Shown in pieces: positions 38,296-48,143 of a stretch of DNA of 64,000 nt. Where the stretch lies: the IMG/VR virus record IMGVR_UViG_3300023108_002122; one strand, given 5' to 3'. This stretch comes from an uncultured virus (IMG/VR IMGVR_UViG_3300023108_002122) (taxonomy: Duplodnaviria; Heunggongvirae; Uroviricota; Caudoviricetes). Numbering within the stretch: the first letter of the stretch is position 1; each line of letters begins with the position of its first letter. The notes beneath the pieces were generated by a model. That model made no database searches. It saw only the letters and a program-made list of their open reading frames with translations, and was not told the origin of the DNA. The translations under genes and the position numbers were made by a program.

Positions 38296-38640
38296 ATGAA
38301 ATACACATTTGATGAAAATATTTTTTCTGATCTATATAAAGATGCTTATGGTGTTCGTCCTCGTGGACATGCATTCTATACTGCTTCAAATGAAGAGAAG
38401 CAAAAAATATGGGATGATACTTTACAAGCTCAGATAGATAATGAAAAATTCGAAAGAGCAGTTGAAAAAGAATGTATTAATAAGTTTGAAAAAACTGTAG
38501 ATCATTTAATTAAAATTGGAGCTAATAAACGTTCTACTGCTATTCGTTGGATGATGGATGCAAGTGATGCTGCCGGTGATTGGGATTACTTCTCTTATCA
38601 AAATAACTTACCTTACAATTATCTTAAGGAGGCTTCATGA
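38296..38640 (+). CDS. Conserved phage early protein (SDLYKDAYGVRPR family)
   Basis: Motif recalled from large-myovirus early proteins; AAGGAG RBS. Confidence 0.65.
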   Translation: MKYTFDENIFSDLYKDAYGVRPRGHAFYTASNEEKQKIWDDTLQAQIDNEKFERAVEKECINKFEKTVDHLIKIGANKRSTAIRWMMDASDAAGDWDYFSYQNNLPYNYLKEAS

Positions 38641-38817
38641 ATATAGAAGAGTTTGAAACAGTATTAAAAAATCATGATTGGTTTTCTGCTATGAGTGATG
38701 ATCATAGAGTATGGAAACGCGGTCAGGAAGAGTTTGCAAAAATTCGTGAGATAGTTAAAGAAAACCCACAATTTGAAAATATTTTTAATCAATATGTAGA
38801 AGAGAGGATGATATAAA

Positions 38818-39075
38818 ATGGCAGAACTAAAAAGAACCCCATGTTACAAATTTACAGTTCAAATGAAAGAAGGAAAACCAGTTGGTAATGACGCTAAATT
38901 AGTTGAACTATTACGCCAAAATGTTAAAGCAGAAAATGTTTTTGCAAAGCGTGGTAAAAAGAAATATGTTAAATTGCAAGGACGAGGCCATCGTTATGGT
39001 AGCCGTCGTTTTTGTCGAAGTCTTCCGCTATCATTAGCAGAAAGAGCAGATGTTTATGTTTATGATCGCTATTAA
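38818..39075 (+). CDS. Basic early hypothetical protein
   Basis: YVKLQGRG..A.R.DVYVY.R. Confidence 0.55.
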   Translation: MAELKRTPCYKFTVQMKEGKPVGNDAKLVELLRQNVKAENVFAKRGKKKYVKLQGRGHRYGSRRFCRSLPLSLAERADVYVYDRY

Positions 39076-39079
39076 TTAG

Positions 39080-39108
39080 TTGACATTTACAAAAAAACAT
39101 GTTATAAT
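39080..39108 (+). promoter_or_regulatory. sigma70-type promoter heading the nucleotide-modification cluster
   Basis: TTGACA-N17-TATAAT with TGn. Confidence 0.75.
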
Positions 39109-39143
39109 ATACTATTAAATACTTCGCGATACAAAAATATACT

Positions 39144-39782
39144 ATGAATATAAAAGCAGAAACGAAAGGTCAAGAGACTTTTAATGTTGATGGTGAATAT
39201 ACACCACTCATTAATGGAATAAGGCAAGTAATGCCAGAATTACAAAAAGTTTGGAAAGAGAAGTGTATTCCAGCTTTTGAAGATTTTAAAGGTGTTAATA
39301 TTGTCGAATATTTTGATTCATTACCAGTTTCACAACGATCAGTAGAAATGAGTAAACAACTTGGTGATTCAATTAATAATTATATGGAAAAGCTTTTAAT
39401 TGAATTGGGTGTTGGCATTCGAGTTGAACAAGAAGATGGATATGATTGGGTATACACTAACAATCGTGAAACTAAAATTGAAGATAAAAATGCAATGTCT
39501 CAAAAGCCAGATAATAGACAATGGGTTGGTAATAGTGGCAGTGGTAGGAAAGTTCCTATGCACCTACTAAAGAAATTTAAGATTAATGATAAACTTGAAA
39601 TCATTGGTGCTCATGCTTCATTAGTTAATCTTGATAATACAACTCAATACTGGGTAAATAGTGCTGGTGCAAGATCAACACTTTCGTTTAATTGGAATGA
39701 TATCAATGGTATTATTCCTGCTTATGGACACTGGGATGGTAAAAAGAAAAACTTATTCCCACGTTTTGAATCAATCAATTAA
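39144..39782 (+). CDS. Hypothetical protein, possible PD-(D/E)xK nuclease
   Basis: E..(helix)..GYDW-x10-EDK arrangement. Confidence 0.4.
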   Translation: MNIKAETKGQETFNVDGEYTPLINGIRQVMPELQKVWKEKCIPAFEDFKGVNIVEYFDSLPVSQRSVEMSKQLGDSINNYMEKLLIELGVGIRVEQEDGYDWVYTNNRETKIEDKNAMSQKPDNRQWVGNSGSGRKVPMHLLKKFKINDKLEIIGAHASLVNLDNTTQYWVNSAGARSTLSFNWNDINGIIPAYGHWDGKKKNLFPRFESIN

Positions 39783-39794
39783 AGGTTATATGGC

Positions 39795-40184
39795 ATGAAA
39801 CAAAAAGTAACAAAAACTCCCGAAGCTTCAGTAAAGTATTCTAAAAATACTCCTGAGGCTGTAAAAGTACTTCAAGAGTGTATTGATTTACAACTTAAAA
39901 AATCTAGAGATTATCAAAATCCAAACTCACCAATCAAACAAGCAGATTATTATCCAAGTGGTGTACAAACAATTTATGAAGTTATGTGGGCTAAAATGCT
40001 TCGTATGAAATCTGTTATGGAAGCAATGAAAGCTTCTGATGGATATGATCCTAATTTTGAAAGCCTAGAAGACAGCGCTAAAGATCTTGCTAACTATGCA
40101 AGCTTCTTTGTTTCTTATTGTCGTGGAGGTATTGGAGGACAAACTGAAGGTAAAGATATTTTCAATAAACCAATAAAGAAATAA
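39795..40184 (+). CDS. Nucleotide-modification-associated alpha-helical protein (Nmad1/DUF1599-like)
   Basis: LQLKKSRDY..K.LR..ESLEDSAKDLANY. Confidence 0.65.
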   Translation: MKQKVTKTPEASVKYSKNTPEAVKVLQECIDLQLKKSRDYQNPNSPIKQADYYPSGVQTIYEVMWAKMLRMKSVMEAMKASDGYDPNFESLEDSAKDLANYASFFVSYCRGGIGGQTEGKDIFNKPIKK

Positions 40185-40196
40185 AGAGGTAATATT

Positions 40197-40892
40197 ATGA
40201 TGAACGTTGCTGATATTAAAAATTACTTTGTTGGTGAACTTGAAGCTCAACGCTTTACCGTAGATAAAACTGGTGCAAAAACTATTGAGATGCTTGGTGC
40301 ATCTTTTAAAGCAGATAAACCAGCCATTTTTGGAGTACCTTCTGATGAGTATATACAAAAAGAAATCGCGTGGTATGAAAAGCAATCAACCAACATTAAT
40401 GACATCTATGGTGAAGAACGTGATGCTCCTGCTGCTTGGAAATATGCTGCTGATGCTTATGGGAATATTAATAGTAATTATGGAAAAATAGTTTTTTCTG
40501 ATCAATACTATAATCAATTTGAAAATGCATTAAATGAACTGAGAAACAATCCAGACTCTCGTAGAGCTGAAATGGTTTATAACCGTCCAAGTATTTGGAA
40601 AGAGTTTGATGAGAATGGTAAATCAGATTTTATTTGTACTAATGCACAAACATTCTATATTCGTGATGGTAAACTTCATTTGGTTTCTCAAATGAGATCT
40701 AATGATGTTGTATTTGGTTATAAAAATGATTATGCTTGGGCTCAATATCTAATGGATAAAATGGTTACTGCATATAATGATACTATAGATCTAGATAGTG
40801 ATTACATTACTAAAGGCGATCTTATTTGGCAAGTACAAAACTTACACGTTTACGAAAGACATTTTGAATTAGTTGAAGCGTATGGGATGTAA
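40197..40892 (+). CDS. gp42: dCMP hydroxymethylase (thymidylate synthase fold)
   Basis: INSNYG, SRRA, SDFICTN, MRSNDVVFGYKNDYAW (Asp at the pyrimidine-specificity position), LHVYERHF. Confidence 0.8.
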   Translation: MMNVADIKNYFVGELEAQRFTVDKTGAKTIEMLGASFKADKPAIFGVPSDEYIQKEIAWYEKQSTNINDIYGEERDAPAAWKYAADAYGNINSNYGKIVFSDQYYNQFENALNELRNNPDSRRAEMVYNRPSIWKEFDENGKSDFICTNAQTFYIRDGKLHLVSQMRSNDVVFGYKNDYAWAQYLMDKMVTAYNDTIDLDSDYITKGDLIWQVQNLHVYERHFELVEAYGM

Positions 40893-41067
40893 TTATGGCT
40901 AAATATAATATACAAATAACAAAAGACGGAAAATTTTCAGCGAATGCATGTATGGTAATTAATGAAGATCATAATACATACGTGCATGAATGTCCATTGT
41001 TTGATACTATTGATGAAGTACAAACATGGATTATTGAAAACGCTAAATATATAACAGAATGTAAATA

Positions 41068-41355
41068 ATGAAAAAATCACCTATTAATAATATGCAGCAA
41101 TTGTTAGCAATTACTGCCGAGGAATGTGGAGAATTAACTCAAGCTTGCATGAAAATAATGAGAATGAATAATACCAAACAAGGAATGTTTGATAATAACG
41201 AGTATTATAATTCTTTATTAGATGAAGTTGGAGATGTTGCTTGTATGATTGGGTTACTTATAGAGCACGGATTTGTAGATGAAGATGTTATAACAAACCG
41301 TGCAATAGCTAAAAGAGAAAAGTTAAGACAATGGAGTACATTAATTAATGACTGA
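41068..41355 (+). CDS. MazG-like NTP pyrophosphohydrolase
   Basis: EECGELTQA..LLDEVGDV. Confidence 0.75.
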   Translation: MKKSPINNMQQLLAITAEECGELTQACMKIMRMNNTKQGMFDNNEYYNSLLDEVGDVACMIGLLIEHGFVDEDVITNRAIAKREKLRQWSTLIND

Positions 41356-41797
41356 TAAGTGGGATAAGCGATTTATGAATGTCGCAAGAGAAATCTCTAC
41401 GTGGAGTAAAGATCCAAGTACTAAAATTGGTGCTATCATTGTTAATGATGAAAGACGTATTCTTGCAACTGGTTATAATGGTTTTCCAAAAGGTATTGAA
41501 GATACTGATGAAAGACTATATAATAAAGAACAAAAATATACTCGCGTAATTCATGCAGAAATGAATGCTCTTATGAATGCATTATATAATGGAGTATCAG
41601 TTAAAGATTCTACTTTATACGTATGGGGTTTACCAGTTTGTTCTGAATGTGCAAAGAATGTTATCCAAGCTGGTATTAAAAGAGTTGTAATTCCCGATTA
41701 TGAAGTTATAGATTTAAGATGGGAAAAAGTTTGGTTAACTAAATCTCAGCCAATGTTTGAAGAAGCGGGTTTACAAATCTCGTATTTGGAGTTATAA
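41348..41797 (+). CDS. cd: dCMP deaminase
   Basis: [21 protein letters not shown]. Confidence 0.9.
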   Translation: MTDKWDKRFMNVAREISTWSKDPSTKIGAIIVNDERRILATGYNGFPKGIEDTDERLYNKEQKYTRVIHAEMNALMNALYNGVSVKDSTLYVWGLPVCSECAKNVIQAGIKRVVIPDYEVIDLRWEKVWLTKSQPMFEEAGLQISYLEL

Positions 41798-41804
41798 TAG
41801 TATT

Positions 41805-42137
41805 ATGAGTTATTTAGTTATAGATAATTGTGTTAAATGTAAGCACACTGATTGTGTTGAGGTTTGTCCTGTAGACTGCTTTTATGAAGGACCTGATATG
41901 TTAGTAATCAATCCAAGCGAATGTATTGATTGTGGTGTATGTGAACCTGAATGTCCTGTTGATGCAATTGTGTTAGAAACAGATTTAAAAGAAGATGAAC
42001 GTAAGTTATGGACAGAAAGAAATGAAAAGTATTCTGAAATCTGGCCTAATATTGTAGATAAAAAAGATCCTCCATTTGATTTTGATGAGTGGGAGGGTGT
42101 ACCTAATAAGTTTGAAAAATTTGTGGAGCCAAAATGA
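41805..42137 (+). CDS. fdxA: 7Fe/8Fe ferredoxin (FdxA type), start MSYLV
   Basis: [30 protein letters not shown]. Confidence 0.9.
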   Translation: MSYLVIDNCVKCKHTDCVEVCPVDCFYEGPDMLVINPSECIDCGVCEPECPVDAIVLETDLKEDERKLWTERNEKYSEIWPNIVDKKDPPFDFDEWEGVPNKFEKFVEPK

Positions 42138-43231
42138 AAAAAGTTTTAATTACTGGAATGAATAAATTACAATGTACAAAAGATTTCTTTTTGCAACAAC
42201 AATTGCAAGTTGTACCTTCTCACTATTCTGTTATTCGTTCTCTTGAAGATATGGGTTATCAAGTAGAACAAAGACCTGTAGCACTTGGTGAAGATCTATC
42301 TGGTTATGATGAGGTTATTGTTTATATTCATAGTATTCAATCGTTTTGTCAATTCATTTGGTCTGGTTTATATGCAGTACATGCCCGCCCTAATTGTATT
42401 ATTGCCTTTGATGATTGGCAATTTAATCAAATCTATGGAGCCATTCAAACATATAAAGAGAACCTCGAGAATGACGATCCAGGTGTTTTTAGACAATACC
42501 TATTTGATCTATGGCAGGGTAAAGAAGATAAAGAAACAGTGATGAAATATAAAGACGCATATATTGATGGCTGTAATATTATTACAAGTAAACAAAATAG
42601 ATTATTAGTAAGTGCATTCGCTGGTGGTGATTTATCAACACTAGAATTAGGATGGAGTCCAGAAAATACATACACATTTAATCCAAATCCATATCATCTT
42701 AATCGTCGTGCAGACAATGGATATGGAACTGGAACAGTGGGATTAGATAATTTCTTTGGTGATACACCAGAAAAAGAAATGAAATGGAACTTCGCTTCTC
42801 TAGTGCAAGAGAAAACGAGGAAATGGTTAAAGGCACAGCAACCTGACGATTGGAAGTGGGAAATTGTTTATTATGGCGCTAAGCGCGGAAAATACAAGTC
42901 AGAGCGTAAAACTGAGCCCGAGATGGTGAAGGTATTCGAACAACAGTGGGGTTGTTTAATGCCAGGATACTTTCACGCAGGATCCGGGTGGTGGCGAGCA
43001 CGCCCGCTTCAGGTTGCCGATGCCGGTTCTATTATCATTGGTGATAAACCAGAAATGATGGTATATTATCAAGATGATTATTTAGCGGGACTAAAAGTTT
43101 CAGATGTAGAAGCAATGGATCTTACACAACTTAAACAAACTGCTCAAGCACAAAGAGATGCATTATATGATAATCATCCTCTAGATAAAAAAGTACAACA
43201 AGAAGAAATGAAGAATATTTTAGAAGCATGA
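42134..43231 (+). CDS. GT-B glycosyltransferase, T4 beta-glucosyltransferase-like
   Basis: KVLITG..VPS..EDMG..YDEVIV N-domain and [20 protein letters not shown]-domain echo the BGT layout; adjacent to glf and near gp42. Confidence 0.5.
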   Translation: MKKVLITGMNKLQCTKDFFLQQQLQVVPSHYSVIRSLEDMGYQVEQRPVALGEDLSGYDEVIVYIHSIQSFCQFIWSGLYAVHARPNCIIAFDDWQFNQIYGAIQTYKENLENDDPGVFRQYLFDLWQGKEDKETVMKYKDAYIDGCNIITSKQNRLLVSAFAGGDLSTLELGWSPENTYTFNPNPYHLNRRADNGYGTGTVGLDNFFGDTPEKEMKWNFASLVQEKTRKWLKAQQPDDWKWEIVYYGAKRGKYKSERKTEPEMVKVFEQQWGCLMPGYFHAGSGWWRARPLQVADAGSIIIGDKPEMMVYYQDDYLAGLKVSDVEAMDLTQLKQTAQAQRDALYDNHPLDKKVQQEEMKNILEA

Positions 43232-44244
43232 ATATATTAGTAGTAGGCGCAGGATTATCAGGAGTAACAATTGCACGTGAGATGGCTGAAGCCGGACATA
43301 TTGTAGATGTAATTGATAAACGCGATCATATTGCTGGTAATGCTTATGATTATATTAATGAATATGGTATTCGTGTACATCAATATGGACCCCATTTATT
43401 TCATACAAATAATAAAGAAGTGTTTTCTTATCTTTCTAAATTTACCGAATGGGTTCCATATAAGCATAAAGTGAAAGCATTATTAGAAGATGGTCGTTAT
43501 GCAACTCTACCAGTAAATAAAGAAACAAAAGAAATGGTTGGTGAATCAAATGTACTTGATATTTTCTTTAGACCATATACAAAGAAAATGTGGGGAGTTG
43601 AGCTTGATGAATTAAATCCTGATATTGTAAATCGTGTTCCAATTCGTGATGATGATAACGAATATTATTTTCCAAACGATGCATATCAGTTTATGCCAAA
43701 AGACGGTTATACTAAAATGGTGGAAAATATTTTATCTCATATAAACATTACGGTAAAATTGAAAACAGAATACGATAAAGAAATGAATAGTCATTATGAT
43801 CATGTATTTAATTCAATGCCAATTGATCAGTACTTTGATTTTAAACATGGAGACTTACCATATCGATCTATTAAATTTGAAACTATAACAGTACCATTAC
43901 CTATAGCATTACCAACTGCTACAGTTAATTTTACTCATGATGGTCCACAAACTAGAGTAACAGAATGGAAGCGCATCCCGTTTCATGGTATAAATAAATA
44001 TCATACAACATTAACTTTTGAAACTCCGTGTGATTATAAAGATAATAATATGGAGCGTTACTATCCTATTAAAGATAAAGATGGTACAAATAGAAAGTTA
44101 TATGAACAGTATAAAAGTGAGCAACCGGATAATATGACTTTTATCGGTAGATGTGGATTATATGCGTATTTAGATATGCATCAAGCTGTAAATTCTGCAT
44201 TAGCTACCGCAAAAAGATTTTTAGAGAATGAAACACGAAACTAG
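43228..44244 (+). CDS. glf: UDP-galactopyranose mutase
   Basis: VVGAGLSG, HIAGNAYD, HQYGPHLFHT, YTKKMWG, LPYRS, RYYP, GRCGLYAYLDMHQ. Confidence 0.92.
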   Translation: MNILVVGAGLSGVTIAREMAEAGHIVDVIDKRDHIAGNAYDYINEYGIRVHQYGPHLFHTNNKEVFSYLSKFTEWVPYKHKVKALLEDGRYATLPVNKETKEMVGESNVLDIFFRPYTKKMWGVELDELNPDIVNRVPIRDDDNEYYFPNDAYQFMPKDGYTKMVENILSHINITVKLKTEYDKEMNSHYDHVFNSMPIDQYFDFKHGDLPYRSIKFETITVPLPIALPTATVNFTHDGPQTRVTEWKRIPFHGINKYHTTLTFETPCDYKDNNMERYYPIKDKDGTNRKLYEQYKSEQPDNMTFIGRCGLYAYLDMHQAVNSALATAKRFLENETRN

Positions 44245-44360
44245 TGAAAGTATTCCTATTAAATATTTAGATCGAGCAAAATATTTGATCGATAAAGGTT
44301 ATGTCGTGAAACAAAATGCTGAGAAATTAGCATATAAAATATGGAAAAAGAATAAAGATA

Positions 44361-45560
44361 ATGAGTGAGTTTACACATGCAAGTATAGTACCTTTAATTG
44401 GTGGTGAAACAATAGGATCTGCAAATGCTTTTGGATCTCCTCCATTACATTTTATGTCATATGAAGCGTTTGCTAATAACGATCAGCATATTAGAAATTA
44501 TTATAAAGATACGCCATATTACGTTTTAGATAAAGGTGATAAAATACCAGAGCAAAGAGCTGATGTAGTTTCATCGGTATGTCCTTGTGCTGGTTTATCA
44601 ATGATGTCTCACGGTTATGGCGATGATAATCAAAATAATAAATGGATGGTAGAAACAGCAACTACTATTCTTGGTGATTATAGACCAAAAGTATTCTGGG
44701 GAGAAAATGCTCCAGGATTTGCTGGTAAGATTGGAAAAAATATTCGTGAACAATTAAGAGGTATTGGTAAAGAGAATGGATACACAATGAGTGTATATCG
44801 TACTCGTTCTTTATTGCATGGTGTACCTCAGGTAAGAGAACGTTCTTTTTATTTCTTTTGGCAAGGTAATCAAGTTCCTATTTTTGATTATTATAAAAGA
44901 GATTATACACCAATTGAAACGCTTATTCGTAATGCAAAAGGTACTCAAAATAATCCTATTAATAAAAACACACCATCTGAAAATCCATATTACAAATATA
45001 TTCTTGAAGAGATTGAAGGTGGTAAAACACATGCTCAACATTCCAATTCAGTTCCTCCAACATCAGCAAGAGGTGTAGATGCTTTTTCTTATATTGAAAG
45101 AGCAGGTAAAGATTATAGCCAAGTTGGTAAATGGATGGGTGAAAATGGATTTGAAAAAGAAGTAGAAAAATGTGAATACAAATATGATAAACTAAAAGCC
45201 GGTAAAAGTATTATGAGACGTGGAGTAATTATTCCTAAAGATCGTATTGGTGCTTTTGTTGGTCATTATCCTACAATGCTTACACATCCAGATGAGGATA
45301 GATTTATTACATATCGAGAAGCTATGTCTATTATGGGATTGCCAGAAGATTTTGAATTAGTAGATGCTAGTAAAAAGAATGCTAATCATATTTGTCAAAA
45401 CGTTCCTGTAAAAACTGCTCAAGATATGGCGCATGAAGTATTACAAACTTTAAAAGGTAAAAGAAAAATGGTTGACACGGAGTACGTTTTGCAGTATAAT
45501 ACTACTAATAAGCTTGAATTTGATGAGAGCTTAAGTACCCTAGAGGATTTTTTAGTATGA
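44361..45560 (+). CDS. Atypical DNA cytosine-C5 methyltransferase-fold protein
   Basis: PCAGLS (motif IV), ENAP (VI), QVRER (VIII), R..T.RE...MGLP.DF (IX); motif I reads PLIGG and motif X reads CQNVP. Confidence 0.75.
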   Translation: MSEFTHASIVPLIGGETIGSANAFGSPPLHFMSYEAFANNDQHIRNYYKDTPYYVLDKGDKIPEQRADVVSSVCPCAGLSMMSHGYGDDNQNNKWMVETATTILGDYRPKVFWGENAPGFAGKIGKNIREQLRGIGKENGYTMSVYRTRSLLHGVPQVRERSFYFFWQGNQVPIFDYYKRDYTPIETLIRNAKGTQNNPINKNTPSENPYYKYILEEIEGGKTHAQHSNSVPPTSARGVDAFSYIERAGKDYSQVGKWMGENGFEKEVEKCEYKYDKLKAGKSIMRRGVIIPKDRIGAFVGHYPTMLTHPDEDRFITYREAMSIMGLPEDFELVDASKKNANHICQNVPVKTAQDMAHEVLQTLKGKRKMVDTEYVLQYNTTNKLEFDESLSTLEDFLV

Positions 45561-46186
45561 GAACAGACTTTATTTTAGACTTTGAAACTATTGGACAAGT
45601 TGCATCGGAGGTTCCAGCAATTGAATGTTCATATACAACATTTGTATGGGATCGTTTTTTAGAAGATCCATATACATTTGAAGAGCTTGTTTCAAAAATA
45701 AAAAAAGATAAACTTTCTATTTCGGATCAAATGAAAAATTATGATTTTAAATATAAAGAGGATGATCTTAAATGGTGGATGAATCAATCACCTGAAGTAA
45801 GAAAGTTGCTTAAACCAAAAGATAGTGATCTTACAGTACCTCAATTTATTGAACGTATGATAGAATATTTGAGAACATCTGATAAGATTGAATATTGGTG
45901 GGCTAGAGCAAATGGTTTTGATCCAGTTATATTAGATCATTTGTCTCGTTCTGCTAATAAAGATTTATTACTCAATGAGTATATTCCTTATTGGAGAGTA
46001 AGAGACACTCGCACATTTATTGATGCGAAGTTTAATTTTACAACAAGAAACGGTTTTGTACCAATTGCAGATGAAGAGCATTGGAATAAAATTTTTAATG
46101 CACATGATAGTACTCATGATGTGGCGGCTGATGTTCTACGATTACAAGCTATTCATAGAGCAGAAAATGATTTAGAACAAGTATAA
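45557..46186 (+). CDS. dexA: DnaQ-like 3'-5' exonuclease (DexA-like)
   Basis: ILDFET, WW..Q, ANGFDPVIL, RDTRT, HDSTHD. Confidence 0.8.
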   Translation: MRTDFILDFETIGQVASEVPAIECSYTTFVWDRFLEDPYTFEELVSKIKKDKLSISDQMKNYDFKYKEDDLKWWMNQSPEVRKLLKPKDSDLTVPQFIERMIEYLRTSDKIEYWWARANGFDPVILDHLSRSANKDLLLNEYIPYWRVRDTRTFIDAKFNFTTRNGFVPIADEEHWNKIFNAHDSTHDVAADVLRLQAIHRAENDLEQV

Positions 46187-46198
46187 GGTAGCGTAAAT

Positions 46199-47077
46199 AT
46201 GGAAATAAAAGTAACAATCGAAGAACTTAGAAAGCATAAAGTATTTGTAGGAACACCAATGTATGGTGCTCAATGCGCTGGTACTTATACTAAATCAAGT
46301 ACTGACTTAGCAATGATAGCAGCTGCAAATGGTTTAAATTTCAGATTCTATTATCTATTTAATGAGAGTTTAATTCAAAGAGCTCGTAATTATATTGTAG
46401 ATGAGTTTATGAGATCTGATTGTACTCATTTATTATTCATTGATTCTGATATTGGTTTTAATGCAAGAGATGTTTTATCTTTATTGGCTGTTCAAACATC
46501 AGATCCAGAAAAATATAATATTGTTACTGGACCATATCCAAAGAAAACTATTGCATGGGAAAAGGTATACAAAGCAGCACAAGCAGGTAGAGCAGATGAA
46601 AATCCATTTGAATTAGAAAACTACGCTGCTGATTTTGTATTTAATCCAGTAAAGAAAGTTAATCAGTTTAATTTATCTGAACCAATTGAAATTGGTGAAG
46701 GTGGTACAGGATTTATGTTAATTCCTCGTGAAACTTTTGAAAAGTTTGGTAAGGCATATCCTGAATTACAATATAAACCAGATCATGTTAGAACACAACA
46801 GTTTGATGGTTCTCATGATATTATGGCTTATTTCGATTGTATAATCGATCCAGTGTCTAAGCGCTATTTGTCTGAAGATTATTTCTTCTGTCATAAAGCA
46901 CGTGAAGCTGGAATGCATGTTTATATGTGTCCTTGGATGCAATTACAACATATAGGATCTTATATTTTCAAAGGAAATATGGCTGCTATTGGAAGTCTTG
47001 GTGTTTCTGCAACAGCAGATTCTTCTGGTAGTCGTAAAACTTATGAAAAGAAAAAGAAAAAGAAACGTAAAAAATAG
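46199..47077 (+). CDS. GT-A fold glycosyltransferase-like phage protein
   Basis: TPMYG, ESLIQRARN, LFIDSDI, GTGFMLI, LSEDYFFC, HIG. Confidence 0.75.
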   Translation: MEIKVTIEELRKHKVFVGTPMYGAQCAGTYTKSSTDLAMIAAANGLNFRFYYLFNESLIQRARNYIVDEFMRSDCTHLLFIDSDIGFNARDVLSLLAVQTSDPEKYNIVTGPYPKKTIAWEKVYKAAQAGRADENPFELENYAADFVFNPVKKVNQFNLSEPIEIGEGGTGFMLIPRETFEKFGKAYPELQYKPDHVRTQQFDGSHDIMAYFDCIIDPVSKRYLSEDYFFCHKAREAGMHVYMCPWMQLQHIGSYIFKGNMAAIGSLGVSATADSSGSRKTYEKKKKKKRKK

Positions 47078-47106
47078 TTGACAACAGTTGACTATTGTGA
47101 TATAAT
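47078..47106 (+). promoter_or_regulatory. sigma70-type promoter for clamp operon
   Basis: TTGACA-N17-TATAAT. Confidence 0.75.
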
Positions 47107-47144
47107 TATAAAAATAATCGTGAATCATAGGAGCAAACTATATT

Positions 47145-47810
47145 ATGAAATTTTCTGAACAAACTCTTACTATTTTAAAGAGCTTTGCATCGATTAATAA
47201 ATCGATTCTAATGAAACCTGGTAATACACTTAAAACTGTAACACCGGAAAAAACTTTGATCGCAACTGCAGATATTCCGGATACAATCCCATCTGAAGCT
47301 TGCGTATATGATTTATCAAGATTTTTATCAATTCTTGGTCTTTATTCTGACCCAGATGTGGAATTTCATGATAAATACTTTATGATTAAAGATGGTAAGC
47401 GTAAAACAAGATATGCTTTCGCTGACATCTCTATGATTCATGCAGCGCCAGAGAAGACAATTCAATTGCCTTCTAATGACGTTGAGGTTGATGTATCATG
47501 GGACGACTTACAGTCTGTTATTAAGGCTGCTGGTGTTCTACAATTTTCTGAGATTGCTTTCGTTGGTGAAGCAGGTAAAGTTTACCTAAAAGCCGTTGAT
47601 AGTACATCTGAAAATTCTGATGATTATGGAATTGAAATTGGTGATACGTCTGATGAATTTAAGATTATTATTAAAAGTGATAATCTTAAGCTTTTACCTC
47701 AGGATTACAAAGTTACTCTTTGCGCGAAGGGTATCTCTGAGTTTAAAGGCAAGGGTGCTACATATTTTGTAGCAATTGATACTAAGTCGACTTATAAGGA
47801 AGGAAATTAA
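47145..47810 (+). CDS. gp45: Sliding clamp
   Basis: MKFSEQTLTILKSFASINKSI, YDLSRFLS, NLKLLPQDYKV. Confidence 0.92.
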   Translation: MKFSEQTLTILKSFASINKSILMKPGNTLKTVTPEKTLIATADIPDTIPSEACVYDLSRFLSILGLYSDPDVEFHDKYFMIKDGKRKTRYAFADISMIHAAPEKTIQLPSNDVEVDVSWDDLQSVIKAAGVLQFSEIAFVGEAGKVYLKAVDSTSENSDDYGIEIGDTSDEFKIIIKSDNLKLLPQDYKVTLCAKGISEFKGKGATYFVAIDTKSTYKEGN

Positions 47811-47811
47811 A

Positions 47812-48084
47812 ATGAGTGAAGAAAACGCACAAGCACAAGAACAACAGCCGGTACAGGTTTCTTTGCAAGACATTGCAACTGTAGTACAGATGATTGATGT
47901 AACATCACGTCGTGGTGCATTTGAAGGTAATGAATTGCAAGGTATTGGTATGCTACGTAATAAGCTAGAAGCTTTTTTACGTCAAAACGCTCCTAAAGGT
48001 GAAGTACCTGAAGGCGAAATGCCAAACCCAGAAATGCCAGCGGATGTTCCAGCAGACGCTCCATTAGCTGATAAAGTTAGCTAA
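47812..48084 (+). CDS. Conserved hypothetical protein (start MSEEN)
   Basis: IDV.SRRGAFEG.EL..IG; AAGGA RBS. Confidence 0.6.
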   Translation: MSEENAQAQEQQPVQVSLQDIATVVQMIDVTSRRGAFEGNELQGIGMLRNKLEAFLRQNAPKGEVPEGEMPNPEMPADVPADAPLADKVS

Positions 48085-48092
48085 TAAAACTT

Positions 48093-48117
48093 GAGGGAGG
48101 CAACTCCCTCTTTTTTT
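48093..48117 (+). terminator. Intrinsic terminator with GCAA tetraloop
   Basis: GAGGGAG-GCAA-CTCCCTC-T7. Confidence 0.85.
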
Positions 48118-48143
48118 CTTTTATATTATGATAAGGTGAATGA

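Noticed and set aside
40197..40892. Ordinary thymidylate synthase call
   Set aside because: Asp at the specificity position and gp42-like motifs favour a dCMP-acting enzyme
41757..41804. Extension of ferredoxin ORF
   Set aside because: Overlaps dCMP deaminase; the family starts at MSYLV (41805)
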